Origin: an uncultured Chloroflexia bacterium
Lineage (GTDB): Bacteria > Chloroflexota > Limnocylindria > QHBO01
Assembly (NCBI GenBank): GCA_963825525.1
Contig: CAWGTN010000002.1
Span: forward strand, 1,728,001 to 1,792,000
Length of the DNA stretch: 64,000 nucleotides
Direction of reading: 5' to 3'
In this document: positions 20,565 through 30,969 of the stretch, piece by piece
Position numbering within the stretch: the first letter of the stretch is position 1
Layout of the letters: each line of letters starts with the position of its first letter
Notes under the pieces: generated by a model
What the model saw: the letters and a program-made list of their open reading frames with translations, nothing else
Told to the model about the DNA's origin: nothing
Databases searched by the model: none
Position numbers and translations under genes: made by a program

Positions 20565-20989
20565 CGGAGTGGTGGGACCGCCGCGGCGTGGGGGCGGAGA
20601 TACATGGCTGCGTGGCCATGCGCCTCGGTGACGAATCCCAAGGCTTCGAAGAACGGACGTGCCGCCGGGGTGCTCACCAGTGCCACGATACGGCGATCGG
20701 CGCATTGATCGATGGCCATTCGCGCAAGCGCCGAGCCGATTCCACGGCGCTGGTGGTCCGGCCGCACGATGATGTCCCACAGGCTGGCATGCAGCCCGCC
20801 GTCGTCCAGCACGCGCGCGATCCCAACGATCTCTCCGCTCTGGGTTCGTGCCGCGTACCAGGCCGAGCTGGCCGAGACGGCGTCCAGGCGCCATGCCTCA
20901 CGCGTCGGCCACTCGACCCACGCATAGGCGGCGTTGATCTCGTCCGTCGTCAGCTTTGCGTCCGGCTCGATCGGGTAGGCATCGATCAT
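20561..20989 (-). CDS. GNAT family N-acetyltransferase
   Basis: VRPDHQRRGIGS, FFEALGF. Confidence 0.88.
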   Translation of the reverse strand: MIDAYPIEPDAKLTTDEINAAYAWVEWPTREAWRLDAVSASSAWYAARTQSGEIVGIARVLDDGGLHASLWDIIVRPDHQRRGIGSALARMAIDQCADRRIVALVSTPAARPFFEALGFVTEAHGHAAMYLRPHAAAVPPLR

Positions 20990-22294
20990 CTACCGCTGCT
21001 CGATCGCACGGTAGTCGCGGGCGCCCGGGCCGATGTATACCTGCCGTGGGCGCCCCAGCCGAGACTCCTTCGACGTCATCATCTCGCGCCACTGGGCGAT
21101 CCAGCCGGGCAGCCGCCCGATGGCGAAGCTGTTCGTGAACATGTTGGTCGGGAATCCGATCGCGCGGTAGATCAGGCCCGAGTAGAAGTCGACGTTCGGG
21201 TAGAGCTTGCGGCTGATGAAGTACTCGTCGCGAAGCGCAACGCCCTCCAGCTCCTGGGCCACCTCGAACAGGCGATCGTCGGCGCCGGTTGCCGCCAGCA
21301 CGCGTTCCGCGGCGCGCTTGATGATCTTGGCGCGCGGGTCGAAGTTCTTGTAGACGCGATGGCCGAAGCCCGCGAGGCGGAAGGAGTCGTCCGGGTCCTT
21401 CGCCTTGTCAACCCACTTCCTGACGTTTCCGCCGTCTGCGACGATGGCCTCCAGCGTGTTGATGACCGCCTCGTTGGCGCCGCCATGCAGTGGGCCCCAG
21501 AGCGAGGAGATCCCGGCGCTGATCGACGCGTACAGGTTGGCATGCGTGCTTCCCACCAGCCGCACGGTCGAGGTCGATGCGTTCTGTTCGTGATCGGCGT
21601 GAAGGATGAGCAGGAGGTCCAACGCCTCTGCCACCGTCGGATCGACGCGATAGTCCTCGGTCGGCACGGCGAACATCATGTGCAGCAGGTTGGACGAGTA
21701 GCCCAGGTCATTGCGGGGGTAGACATAGGGCTGGCCGATCGCCTTCTTGAACGACCAGGCGGCCAGGGTGGGCAGCTTGGCGATCAGCCGGTTGATGGTG
21801 ATCTCGACCGCATCAGGATCGAAGATGTTCTGGCTGTCCGGGTAGAAGGTGCTCATGCCGACGGTCCCGGATGCGAGCACCGCCATCGGGTGCGCGTCGG
21901 CGGGGAAGGAGTCGAAGAAGTGACGCATCTCCTCCCGGATCAGGGTGTGATGGGTCACCTCCGAGACGAACGCATCCAGCTGCTTCTGTGTCGGAAGCTC
22001 GCCCCAGATGAGCAGGTAGGCGACCTCCAGGAAGCTCGAGTGCTCGGCCAGCTGCTCGATGGGGTAGCCGCGGTAGCGGAGGACCCCCTCCTCGCCGTCG
22101 AGGTAGGTGATGGCGCTGGTGCAGGACCCGGTGTTGGCGTATCCGGGGTCGAGCGTGATCATCCCGGTCTCCGCCCGCAGCGATCCGATGTCGATGGCGT
22201 CGTCACCGTCCGTGCCGCGCACGATCGGCAGGTCGAGGTCGCGCTCGCCGATGCTGAGACGTGCACCGCCGAGGGTCGCGGTCTCGGCGCTCAT
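20990..22294 (-). CDS. gltA: Citrate synthase (type II)
   Basis: [48 protein letters not shown]. Confidence 0.97.
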   Translation of the reverse strand: MSAETATLGGARLSIGERDLDLPIVRGTDGDDAIDIGSLRAETGMITLDPGYANTGSCTSAITYLDGEEGVLRYRGYPIEQLAEHSSFLEVAYLLIWGELPTQKQLDAFVSEVTHHTLIREEMRHFFDSFPADAHPMAVLASGTVGMSTFYPDSQNIFDPDAVEITINRLIAKLPTLAAWSFKKAIGQPYVYPRNDLGYSSNLLHMMFAVPTEDYRVDPTVAEALDLLLILHADHEQNASTSTVRLVGSTHANLYASISAGISSLWGPLHGGANEAVINTLEAIVADGGNVRKWVDKAKDPDDSFRLAGFGHRVYKNFDPRAKIIKRAAERVLAATGADDRLFEVAQELEGVALRDEYFISRKLYPNVDFYSGLIYRAIGFPTNMFTNSFAIGRLPGWIAQWREMMTSKESRLGRPRQVYIGPGARDYRAIEQR

Positions 22295-23286
22295 GTCAGC
22301 AGCTCCTCGACCGCGGCGCGTTCCTCCATCAGCTCGGCCGTGGTCGTCTCGATGCGCGAGCGGGCAAACGGCCCGTGTTCGATGCCACCCACGATCTCGA
22401 CGACGCCGGTTGCGCTCGCCCGCAGCGGATACCCGAACACGAGGCCATCGGGGACGTCGTAGCCGTCACCGGGCGAGGTTCGGATGGCCGCGCTGAACGT
22501 CTGCCCGCTCGGCTGCGCAATGTTGCGAACCGTGTCGATCGCCGCGTTCGCGGCACTGGCCGCGCTCGACTGGCCGCGGGCCTTGATGATCGCGGCGCCC
22601 CGTTGCTGGACGTTGGTGATGAACGCTCCGCGGAGCCAATCCTCGTCGCTGATCACATCGGGGGCTGGCACTCCGGCGATGGTGGCATGCCACGCATCGG
22701 GAAATTGGGTTGCCGAATGGTTCCCCCAGATGGCCAGGTCGCGGACCTCGCGCACGGGGACGCCGGCCCGGGCCGCAAGCTGCGATCGACCACGGTTCTC
22801 GTCCAGCATCGTCATCGCGAACCAGCGGTCGGTCGGCATGCCGTGCCGTGCGGCCGCGATGGACCCGATGAGCGCGTTCGTGTTGCATGGGTTCCCGACC
22901 ACCAGGACGCGGCACCCATCTGCCGAATTGCGTGCGATCGCCTCACCCTGGCCGGTGAAGATGCCGCCGTTGATCCCAAGGAGATCCTTGCGCTCCATGC
23001 CCTCGCGACGCGGCACGGCCCCGACCAACAGCGCCCAGTCGGCGCCGGTGAACGCCTCGTTGCTGTCCGAGGTGCAGACGACCGACTCCAGGAGCGGGAA
23101 CGCGCAATCCTCCAGCTCCATGCGCACGCCATCGAGTGCCGGCAGAGCGGCATCGAGCTCCAGCAGCCGCAGGCGGACGGGTGTGCTCGCGCCGAACGCC
23201 TGCCCGGAAGCGATCCGGAAGAGGAGCGCATAGCCGATCTGGCCGGCGGCACCGGTGACGGCCACCGTGACGGGGGTGTCGGACAT
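22291..23286 (-). CDS. mdh: Malate dehydrogenase
   Basis: [29 protein letters not shown]; AGGAG RBS. Confidence 0.97.
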   Translation of the reverse strand: MSDTPVTVAVTGAAGQIGYALLFRIASGQAFGASTPVRLRLLELDAALPALDGVRMELEDCAFPLLESVVCTSDSNEAFTGADWALLVGAVPRREGMERKDLLGINGGIFTGQGEAIARNSADGCRVLVVGNPCNTNALIGSIAAARHGMPTDRWFAMTMLDENRGRSQLAARAGVPVREVRDLAIWGNHSATQFPDAWHATIAGVPAPDVISDEDWLRGAFITNVQQRGAAIIKARGQSSAASAANAAIDTVRNIAQPSGQTFSAAIRTSPGDGYDVPDGLVFGYPLRASATGVVEIVGGIEHGPFARSRIETTTAELMEERAAVEELLT

Positions 23287-23331
23287 CGGTCTCCTGATCG
23301 TAGTGAGGTCAATTCCGAGTGTAGCGCAGGC

Positions 23332-23853
23332 TCAGGTTGCGTCCGAATCCAGGACGCCGGAGCGTCCCGCCGCCCAATCCTCGACGGCAGCCGCCATCGA
23401 GGCAAAGGCGATCCTGGGAAGCCAGGAGTCGATGGCCGAGCGTGGGACCCAGCGGTGATCGCTCGACTCGAAATCGAGACTGACCTCGGCACCGGGCTCC
23501 ATCGGTCGTGCGCGGTAGACCGCGGTCACGGCGTTCGCCGGCGGAGAGTGATAGACCCCGGCGAGCGCCACGAGCCGCACCTCCAGGCCGGACTCCTCGC
23601 GAGCCTCACGGCGTGCGGCCATCTCGAAGGATTCGCCCGGGTCAAGGTAGCCGGCAGGAAGGTCCCAACCTCCGCGGCCGGGATCGACGGCTCGTTTCAG
23701 TAACAGGATCGCCGGCTCGGTCCCCTCACGCTCGAGGAGCACCGCCGCGGCCGGGCGCGGATTCGCGTACCAGCGCCAGCTGCAGCGCTCGCAGACTAGC
23801 GGCTGCTCGGCCGTGGTCGCGCAGTGCGGACAGGCGACCACGGAACGGCTCAC
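23332..23853 (-). CDS. NUDIX hydrolase with N-terminal zinc ribbon
   Basis: CPHC...CERC; Nudix box GYLDPGE....AARREAREESG. Confidence 0.88.
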   Translation of the reverse strand: MSRSVVACPHCATTAEQPLVCERCSWRWYANPRPAAAVLLEREGTEPAILLLKRAVDPGRGGWDLPAGYLDPGESFEMAARREAREESGLEVRLVALAGVYHSPPANAVTAVYRARPMEPGAEVSLDFESSDHRWVPRSAIDSWLPRIAFASMAAAVEDWAAGRSGVLDSDAT

Positions 23854-24320
23854 GCCGGGAGGGTAGCAGCGTCCCGATTGTCCTGATCCCGTGCGTCGCT
23901 CTCGATGAACGCCTCGACCCGCAGCCGAAGATCGTCTCGCGCGTCCCTGAAGGCGGCCACGCGTGCCTCGGGGTCGGCCTTGATGGCCGATGGGTCGTCG
24001 ACACTCCAGTGGAGCTGCCGGCGGACCCCGGGGATGGTCGGACACGACTCACGGGCCTGATCGCAGACCGTGATCAGCCACGCGAATGACTCGCCGAGAA
24101 ACGCCTCCAGGGTCTTGCTGGACTGCGTCGAGATGTCAATGCCGATCTCGCGCATGACCTCGATCGCCTCGGGACGCACCCCGGTAGCCTCGGTACCCGC
24201 GCTCATAACCTCGAATCGGTCCGCGGCCCACGCTCGCAGCATGCCCTCCGCCATCTGGCTGCGAGCGCTGTTGTGGGTGCAGACGAAGATCACGCGGTCG
24301 CGTTCCGGTTCTGGCCTCAT
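23850..24320 (-). CDS. arsC: Arsenate reductase / LMW-PTP family
   Basis: FVCTHNSARSQMAE, ITVCD....CP, HW..DDP; TACGAT -10 6 nt before ATG. Confidence 0.88.
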   Translation of the reverse strand: MRPEPERDRVIFVCTHNSARSQMAEGMLRAWAADRFEVMSAGTEATGVRPEAIEVMREIGIDISTQSSKTLEAFLGESFAWLITVCDQARESCPTIPGVRRQLHWSVDDPSAIKADPEARVAAFRDARDDLRLRVEAFIESDARDQDNRDAATLPA

Positions 24321-24341
24321 CCGCAGATCGTACGTCGATCG

Positions 24342-24403
24342 TCGTCCACAAGTGGGGAAAGGCTGTGGATAACTCCCCCAATCGGCGGCAAGTTGGTGGA
24401 GAA
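24342..24403. promoter_or_regulatory. DnaA-box cluster
   Basis: Perfect TGTGGATAA at 24364-24372; degenerate TCGTCCACA 24342-24350, TGGGGAAAG 24353-24361, GGTGGAGAA 24395-24403. Confidence 0.6.
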
Positions 24404-24445
24404 GGGGTATGGACGGCGCGGCGCGCGGGCACGTATGCTCAGTTC

Positions 24446-24515
24446 GTCCCGAAGGGGCAGCCAACGGCACCAGCGATTGCATCAACGGTCTGACGGCGGT
24501 TCCTTCGGGACATTT
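24446..24515 (+). ncRNA. Candidate small hairpin RNA
   Basis: GTCCCGAAGG (24446-24455) pairs perfectly with CCTTCGGGAC (24502-24511) and extends with G-U pairs; begins 6 nt after TATGCT (24434-24439); followed by ATTT. Confidence 0.4.
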
Positions 24516-24570
24516 CGCTGTCCGGCTCCGGGCATCGACGGCTCCGTGGCATGCCGTACCATCGAGCACC

Positions 24571-26064
24571 GTGCCGACGCTCCGAGAGATCCTGAACGCC
24601 ACCCTGGCCATCGTCGGGTCGGTGGTTGTCGCGACCATGGCCGCAGTCCTCGTCGACGTGGCGGGTGCGACGCCACCCGTTCCGCCGGCTGTCGCCGCAG
24701 CCGTCGTCGCCGTCTGCTTCTGGTGGCGCGCACCGGAAGGACTCGGGGCCTTCGGCGTCTTCGTGCTGCTGGCCGCGACGATCGAGCATTGGACAGGCGT
24801 CGACTTGCTGCTGTTCGACGAGATCGCCGTGCTGATGTTTGCCGTGGTGGCGGTCGTGCGTCACGGGGCCCCGAACGGAAGAATCCGGGTGGGTGCCGCC
24901 GAGCTCGGCCTGGCGGCGCTCGCCGCGGCAGGGCTCACCTCGAGCCTCGTCGAGTCGGTTCCGGTGGTGACCATGCTGGCCGGCCTTGCGCTGCTGCTCA
25001 AGGCGGTGGCCCTGTTCTACATCGTCTCGTGGCTCCGACTTCGGTCCACCGACGTCGCGCGGGTTGGCATCGTCGTCATCGGCCTGGGGGTGCTCATCGG
25101 CTTCGCCGGCTTCGTGGAGTGGCTGAATCCGGCCGCATTCCAGACCGCCCTGAACCTGCCCCCGTTTGCGCAGACCCGTGGAGGCATCTCCGTGGTGCGC
25201 TCGATCTTCCTGCATCCCGCGCTCTACGGCTGGCTGACCGCCTTCACCGCGCTGCTGCTGTATGCGATCTTCCTGACCCGACGCTCGTGGTGGGCGCTCC
25301 CACTTGCCCTCGCCCTGAGCCTGGGGACCTTGCTCTCGGGGCGACGGACGCCGCTGGTGGGCGTCGTGCTCGGCCTCGTGGCAGGGCTGGCCTGGCAGTT
25401 CCGCAGCTCAGCGACGCGCGCCAGCCTGGTGCGGACCTGGATCCCGATCTTCGTCGCGGGGGTGGTCGCGATCGTCCTCCTCCTGCCGACGTTGAGCACC
25501 ATGGTCACCCACACGCTCAGCGAGTACCTGCCGGACCGAGCGGCGGTCTCGGAGCTCTTCTCGGACGACCCGGATCCGGCGGTCGTCGCCGTCCTCCATC
25601 CGCGGACGGCGCTCTACCTCGGCTCGGTGGCGGTCGCCATCGATCGGCTGCCGCTCGGCGCGGGATTCGGACGATACGGGAGTCACCTGAGCCGATCGGA
25701 GTACAGCCCGATCTACGCGGACTACGGGCTCGATCGGATCGCATACCTGCAGCCGGAGCGAGCGGATGCGGTCACCGACACCTATTGGCCGATGGTGCTA
25801 GGCGAGACCGGGCTCATCGGCCTGCTGGGGGCACTGACCTTCATCGGCGTCCTCACGGCTCGCCTCTGGCGGGCCACGGGTGCCTCGTCCGAGGCCCTGG
25901 TCCGCACCATCTCGCTCGGCGTGCTCATGATCTTCGCCGAGGGCCTCGTCCGGTCACTGACGGCGTCGGTCTACACCGCCCCGCCCATCGCCCACTTCAT
26001 CCTTGGCGCGGCGGGGCTCTCGATCGCCCTCCAGCGCACCGCCGAGGAGGAGAGCGCGGACTAG
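24571..26064 (+). CDS. O-antigen ligase / Wzy-like polytopic membrane protein
   Basis: Many TM helices; SIF.HP...G, LSGRRT, R..LY.......P.G.GFG.Y, D.......GETGLIG; TACCAT -10 8 nt before GTG. Confidence 0.75.
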   Translation: MPTLREILNATLAIVGSVVVATMAAVLVDVAGATPPVPPAVAAAVVAVCFWWRAPEGLGAFGVFVLLAATIEHWTGVDLLLFDEIAVLMFAVVAVVRHGAPNGRIRVGAAELGLAALAAAGLTSSLVESVPVVTMLAGLALLLKAVALFYIVSWLRLRSTDVARVGIVVIGLGVLIGFAGFVEWLNPAAFQTALNLPPFAQTRGGISVVRSIFLHPALYGWLTAFTALLLYAIFLTRRSWWALPLALALSLGTLLSGRRTPLVGVVLGLVAGLAWQFRSSATRASLVRTWIPIFVAGVVAIVLLLPTLSTMVTHTLSEYLPDRAAVSELFSDDPDPAVVAVLHPRTALYLGSVAVAIDRLPLGAGFGRYGSHLSRSEYSPIYADYGLDRIAYLQPERADAVTDTYWPMVLGETGLIGLLGALTFIGVLTARLWRATGASSEALVRTISLGVLMIFAEGLVRSLTASVYTAPPIAHFILGAAGLSIALQRTAEEESAD

Positions 26065-26786
26065 AGCTCGATCTCCCGCTGCAGGCGTCGCACGACCTCG
26101 GCGGTCTCGTCGTCGGGCCCATGGCCCGGCTCGGAGGCCGGGCCGGCGAAGGTGCCGAACTGGCGGTCACCGGCGTCCCCGAGCCCCGGAACGATGTACC
26201 CGCGCTCGTTGAGGTGGGAGTCGAGTGCCGCAACGTGGATGTCGACGTCCGGATGCGCCGCGCTCAGGGTCGCAACGCCCTCGGGTGCGGCAATCAGGCT
26301 CACCTGCTTGATGCGTGCGGCACCCCACTGCTTGAGGATGTCGACGGTCGCCGCCGCCGACCCTCCGGTCGCCAGCATGGGGTCGAGGATCAGGCACACC
26401 TGGACGGTGGCCGCATCCGGGAGCTTGTTGTAGTACTCGACCGGCTTCAGCGTTCGCTCGTCACGATACAGGCCGATGTGCCACACCTCGGCCGATGGCA
26501 GAAGCTCGAGCATGGCGTCGACCATGCCGATGCCGGCACGCAGGATGGGGATCAGGCCGACCTTCGGCTCGAGCCGCGCCCCGGTCATCGGCTCCAGGGG
26601 CGTCTCGATCAGCTGGGGACGCGTCGCGAGGTCGGCCATCGCCTCGTAGCCGAGCAGCCAGGTCAGCTCGCGCACGAGCTCCCGGAACTTCTTCGGCTCG
26701 GTGGCTTTGTCACGCAGGATCGCGAGCTTGTGCGCGACCAGCGGATGCGAGCTGAGGTGGATGGAGTTCGATCCGGAATGCGACAT
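26061..26786 (-). CDS. upp: Uracil phosphoribosyltransferase
   Basis: [30 protein letters not shown]. Confidence 0.96.
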   Translation of the reverse strand: MSHSGSNSIHLSSHPLVAHKLAILRDKATEPKKFRELVRELTWLLGYEAMADLATRPQLIETPLEPMTGARLEPKVGLIPILRAGIGMVDAMLELLPSAEVWHIGLYRDERTLKPVEYYNKLPDAATVQVCLILDPMLATGGSAAATVDILKQWGAARIKQVSLIAAPEGVATLSAAHPDVDIHVAALDSHLNERGYIVPGLGDAGDRQFGTFAGPASEPGHGPDDETAEVVRRLQREIEL

Positions 26787-26827
26787 CGGCGCGATTCTAG
26801 CCCGCGCGAGATCGTCACAATGCGCCG

Positions 26828-27946
26828 ATGCGTCCGGTGCTGGTTCCTCTGCCGATGGCATTCGGCGCCTTCGGATTCCTGTGGGGCGCCTGGCAGGCGG
26901 CGTTGCCGGACCTCGCCGCCCACTACGGCCTGAGCACCGGTCCGCTGGGACTGATGCTGACCGCGGGATTCGCGGTCGCTCTGCCCGTCATGCTGGCGAC
27001 CGGCCGAATGATCGACCGAATCGGCCACCAGGTCGGGATCGCGGTCACGGCCCTGGGGCTGGCCTTGGGCCTCGTGGTGGTCGGGACGCTCGGGCCGCTG
27101 CCGGCACTCGTTGCCGGGGTCATCCTGCTGGCCGCCGGCAGCGGCGCCTTCGACGTCGCCATCAACGGTGCCGCGCTCGCCGACGAGGGATGGAGCCGTC
27201 CGGCGCGTCTGACGCTCCTCCACGCGGCGTTCAGCGGTGGCGGCATGGTCGGGGCGCTGGGGGCCGGCGTGGCGCTCGGTGCAGGCCTCCGCTTCGAGCT
27301 CGTCTATCCAGTGCTCGCCGTCGTGCTGCTGGTGGCGGCTAGCCTCTCACTGGCGGGGGAGCGCCGGCCGGTGGAGCGCAGCGGCACGGTTCCGCGCGGT
27401 ATCGCCATGGCCATGCTCCCGCTCGCCGCTCTGGCGGGGCTGGCCTTCCTTGCCGAGGGGTCGATGGAGACGTGGTCGGCCATCTACCTGCGCGACGCCC
27501 TCGGGGCCGCAGCGTTCGTGGGCGCGCTGGGTCCCGGGGCCTTCCATGCCGCGATGCTGATGGGCCGCCTGATCGGTGCCGGGGTGGCGACCAGCCTCGG
27601 CGCGCCCACCACTCTGCTGGTGTCGGGGTCCCTGATCCTCGTTGGCATGATCGTGGCGCTGGCCGTGCCGGTGGCGGGGGTCGCGATTGGCGCAATGTTC
27701 GTGGCGGCGCTCGGCGCCGCATTCGTGGTCCCTGTGGTGGTGAGCCTGGCTGGACGTCGGGCCGGACCGTACGCCGGTCGCGCCGCCTCGTACGTGCTCT
27801 CGATCGGGTACGCCGGCTTCCTGGTCGGCCCATCCGCCGTTGGGATCATCGGCGAGCTCGCCGGCCTTCGCGCCGGCCTGGCGGTCATTCCGCTTGCCGC
27901 CGTCATCCTGGTCATCGCCTCGCGCACGCGCGTCGTTCGGTCGTGA
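26828..27946 (+). CDS. MFS transporter
   Basis: About 12 TM; [20 protein letters not shown]....WS..YL. Confidence 0.85.
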   Translation: MRPVLVPLPMAFGAFGFLWGAWQAALPDLAAHYGLSTGPLGLMLTAGFAVALPVMLATGRMIDRIGHQVGIAVTALGLALGLVVVGTLGPLPALVAGVILLAAGSGAFDVAINGAALADEGWSRPARLTLLHAAFSGGGMVGALGAGVALGAGLRFELVYPVLAVVLLVAASLSLAGERRPVERSGTVPRGIAMAMLPLAALAGLAFLAEGSMETWSAIYLRDALGAAAFVGALGPGAFHAAMLMGRLIGAGVATSLGAPTTLLVSGSLILVGMIVALAVPVAGVAIGAMFVAALGAAFVVPVVVSLAGRRAGPYAGRAASYVLSIGYAGFLVGPSAVGIIGELAGLRAGLAVIPLAAVILVIASRTRVVRS

Positions 27947-28103
27947 CCGTGGCCCTGGTACGAGTCCTGCGGGAGCCTCCGAGGCGGAACTACCTCGGGT
28001 GGCCGCATGCTGCTACGCTATCGGTTCGTGTGTGACCCATTTCGCGCATGGACCGTGTGCCCGCCCGTCGCTCGGATCCGCCACCTGAGGAGGTTAGGAG
28101 AGC

Positions 28104-28736
28104 ATGGTCTTCGGATCAAAGCGAGAAACCAAGCCGGACAGCCTGTCGCGCGAGGACGTGGTCGGGAACCTGTATCCGGACAACCTGACGAGTGAGGTCG
28201 ACGTGGCACAGTCACCCAGCGAATTCCCCCGCCGTGATGATCGCGGCAACGAGAGCGTCATCGATCCCCATGCCCGGTTCAACGGGAAGTACGTCAGCGA
28301 TCGCGACCTGCGCATCGAGGGCGAGGCGCAGGGCGAGATCGAGTGTCAGGGAACGCTGATCATCAGCCCACAGGCTCGCGTCCGCAGTGCGATCAAGGCC
28401 CACAACGTGGTCGTCAATGGCGACTACGAGGGTGACGTCGACTGCGGTGGTCGCTTCGAGATCGGCTCGACCGGTCGCGTCAAGGGCAACATCAAGACCC
28501 AGGTCCTGGTGGTCAAGGAAGGCGCTCACTGGGAGGGCGGAGTCACCATGACCCGCGAGCCCGGCGCCCGCCCGGCACCCGGCACCGCGCAGCCCGGCCA
28601 GAGCGGCGCAGCGCCCGGAGCGCAGCGCTCGGGCGGAGGCAGCATCTTCAGCAAGGGCGAGCGCGACGCGGAGAAGGCCGGAGCCGAGCAGCCGCGTGAG
28701 GGTCAGCCGGCCGGTCAGGGCGGCGGCGGCCAGTAG
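28104..28736 (+). CDS. Bactofilin (polymer-forming cytoskeletal protein)
   Basis: SVI......G......LRIEG...GEI...G.L.I, G.V.G.I....L.V.EGA...G; strong AGGAGG/AGGAG RBS. Confidence 0.88.
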   Translation: MVFGSKRETKPDSLSREDVVGNLYPDNLTSEVDVAQSPSEFPRRDDRGNESVIDPHARFNGKYVSDRDLRIEGEAQGEIECQGTLIISPQARVRSAIKAHNVVVNGDYEGDVDCGGRFEIGSTGRVKGNIKTQVLVVKEGAHWEGGVTMTREPGARPAPGTAQPGQSGAAPGAQRSGGGSIFSKGERDAEKAGAEQPREGQPAGQGGGGQ

Positions 28737-28757
28737 GCTCCCGGCGCCCCCTCGAGG

Positions 28758-29819
28758 GTGAGCCCGGCCCGACGCTCGGCCTCCACCGCTCCACCGGTGC
28801 TGGTGGAGGTGACCCGCGGCGATCGGGTCGAGTCCGCGCACCGCGGATCCATCGCGGTCGTGGCCCCGGACGGGACGGCGATCGCATCGGTCGGTGATCC
28901 CGACCAGTTCATCTTCCTGCGTTCGAGCGCCAAGCCTTTCCAGCTGGCGCCGTTCGTCGCCTCCGGACGCTTCGACGAGTACCGGCTGGGCGACGAGGCC
29001 CTGGCGGTGATGGCCGCCAGCCACAGTGGCGAGGACCGCCACGTGCGGCTCGTCCAGGAGATCCTTCGACGTGCCGGCCTGACGAGCGCGGTTCTCCAGA
29101 ACCAGGTCCACGCGCCATACGATCGCGAGACGGCTCGCCGGCTCATCCGAGACGGGGAGCAGCCGACGGCGCTGCGTGGCAACTGCTCCGGCAAGCACGC
29201 CGCGATGATCCTGTTCGCCAAGGCCTCGGGGTGGCCGATCGACACGTATTGGGACGCTGACCATCCCGTCCAGCGCATGGCGCTCGAGACCGTGTCGGCG
29301 CTGTCGGACGTTCCGCTGGAGCGGATCGTCAGGGCGACCGATGGCTGCGGCGTGGTCACCTTCGGCATGCCGCTGCGAGGCCTGGCCCTGGCGTTCGGCC
29401 GTCTCGCTGATCCATCCTCGGTCGCCGACCCGCCGCTGCGATCGGCCCTGCTGCGCATCCGCGACGCGATGATCGCCCACCCGGACCTCGTGGCCGGCAC
29501 CCGGGGTCGCATCGATACCGCGCTGATGCGTGTCGGGGCCGGCACGATCGTCGCCAAGGGCGGGGCCGAGGGGGTCGGCGCGGTCGGCCTGCTGGCCGGA
29601 TCCAGGGGCGGATGGTCACCTGCCGGAATGGCGCTCACGATCGAGGACGGGGGAGCCGCGCAACGGGCGGTGAACGTCGCCACCGTCGAGGCACTGCGGC
29701 AGGCCAACGCCCTCGACTCGGATCAGGTCAGCGCGTTGGACGAGTACGCGAGCCCACCGATCCGCGACCCGCGCGGTGTCCCGTCCGGGGAGATCCGGCC
29801 CTCGTTCAACCTGGTCTGA
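28758..29819 (+). CDS. Asparaginase II family (Rhizobium AnsA-like)
   Basis: VES.HRG, RSSAKPFQ, SHSGE..H, NCSGKH, DGCG, KGGAEG. Confidence 0.9.
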   Translation: MSPARRSASTAPPVLVEVTRGDRVESAHRGSIAVVAPDGTAIASVGDPDQFIFLRSSAKPFQLAPFVASGRFDEYRLGDEALAVMAASHSGEDRHVRLVQEILRRAGLTSAVLQNQVHAPYDRETARRLIRDGEQPTALRGNCSGKHAAMILFAKASGWPIDTYWDADHPVQRMALETVSALSDVPLERIVRATDGCGVVTFGMPLRGLALAFGRLADPSSVADPPLRSALLRIRDAMIAHPDLVAGTRGRIDTALMRVGAGTIVAKGGAEGVGAVGLLAGSRGGWSPAGMALTIEDGGAAQRAVNVATVEALRQANALDSDQVSALDEYASPPIRDPRGVPSGEIRPSFNLV

Positions 29820-30969
29820 CCGGACCCGCCACCGAGTGGTGGCGCTCGGTCGAGCGTCCCTCCACCAGCACCAGGGCCAGGAGGGTGACCGCGACCACCA
29901 CCAGGGAGAGCACCGGTGCGAGTGGAGCGGTGACGAACAGGAGCGCGACCATCACCGTCAGCGCGACCGCTCGAGCCACGAGGACCCGGCGGTAGAAATA
30001 CCAGTAGGCAATGGCCGAGAACCCGACGAAGAGCACGACGCCCACGCCGAGTGCGCCGATGACCGCCCCGGACGCTGGCTCGTCGGGATGCGCGACGAAC
30101 TCCTCGACGGCAACGGCAAAGCCGACGATGCCGCAGATCAGCGGGAAGTGGGCGAGACTGAACGCGTCGCGCGCGGCGGCACCCATTCGCGCCGGGGCCA
30201 TGCCCGCGAGGCCGTGTTCCAGCGCCTGCTGCAGCCAGCCGAAGTAGCTCCACCACATGAGGCCGGCCGCAGCCAGCGCCGCCACGGCCACGCCGACCAG
30301 GGGCACCGTTCTGGTCTCGCCCGCGACGGCCGTTCCGGCCACGATGAGTGACTCGCCGATGGCGATGATCACGAACAGGCCGTGCCGCTCCGAGATGTGG
30401 GCCGGATTGAGGTCCCACTCGCGAGCCCGTCCGGCGACTGCCGCGGCGACGAGATCGGCAACGACCGCGCCTACCCAGAGCGCCGTCCGCAGGTTGGGAT
30501 CCGCGATGGCACCGGCGAGGACGAGGCCCAGACCGATCACCGAATATGCGGCCCACGTCCAGACTCCGCCGTGGTTGGATGTCGAGTCCTCGATCTCCAC
30601 CCTGATCTGGAGCGCGAGTCCCAGGACCCGGACCGTGAGATACGGGACGGCAAACCAGATCGCATCCGACCCAAAGGCACCCTCGACCGCGGTCGCCATC
30701 ACGAACGCCGCACCGGTGGCCAGGATGGTGACCAGGCGGACGCCCTGGTGGGTGGTATCGGCCGGATTCAGGGTCCAGGTGAACTGCGTCCACGCCCACC
30801 AGATGAGCCAGAACAGCAGGAGCGAGTGGAGAATGCCGCTCGCCGTCAGGTGGTGCGCGGTCAGCGCGGTGACCTGGGTGACGGCGAAGACGAAGACGAG
30901 ATCGAAGAACAGCTCGACGAACGTGACCGGCTGCGGCTCCGGGGTGTGAAACGATCGGCGTGCGGTCAC
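29806..30969 (-). CDS. Low temperature requirement protein A family
   Basis: ELFFDLVFVFAVTQ, WWAW, H..ERHGLFVIIAIGES. Confidence 0.88.
   Translation of the reverse strand: MTARRSFHTPEPQPVTFVELFFDLVFVFAVTQVTALTAHHLTASGILHSLLLFWLIWWAWTQFTWTLNPADTTHQGVRLVTILATGAAFVMATAVEGAFGSDAIWFAVPYLTVRVLGLALQIRVEIEDSTSNHGGVWTWAAYSVIGLGLVLAGAIADPNLRTALWVGAVVADLVAAAVAGRAREWDLNPAHISERHGLFVIIAIGESLIVAGTAVAGETRTVPLVGVAVAALAAAGLMWWSYFGWLQQALEHGLAGMAPARMGAAARDAFSLAHFPLICGIVGFAVAVEEFVAHPDEPASGAVIGALGVGVVLFVGFSAIAYWYFYRRVLVARAVALTVMVALLFVTAPLAPVLSLVVVAVTLLALVLVEGRSTERHHSVAGPVRPG

Noticed and set aside
23850-24320. Arsenic resistance operon
   Set aside because: Lone arsC-like gene without arsR, arsB or acr3 in the window.
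24446-24520. tRNA or SRP RNA
   Set aside because: No cloverleaf with a closable T-arm or CCA end, and no SRP GNRA/domain IV motif.
24320-24570. Chromosomal origin oriC
   Set aside because: No dnaA/dnaN nearby, only one perfect box and no AT-rich unwinding element; cannot be fully excluded without GC-skew analysis.
24273-26933. Long alternative ORFs (886 aa here; also 20588-22462, 40137-42173, 49976-52111, 59815-61938)
   Set aside because: Arg/Ala/Gly-rich off-frame or antisense shadows of well-identified genes, expected at this GC content.
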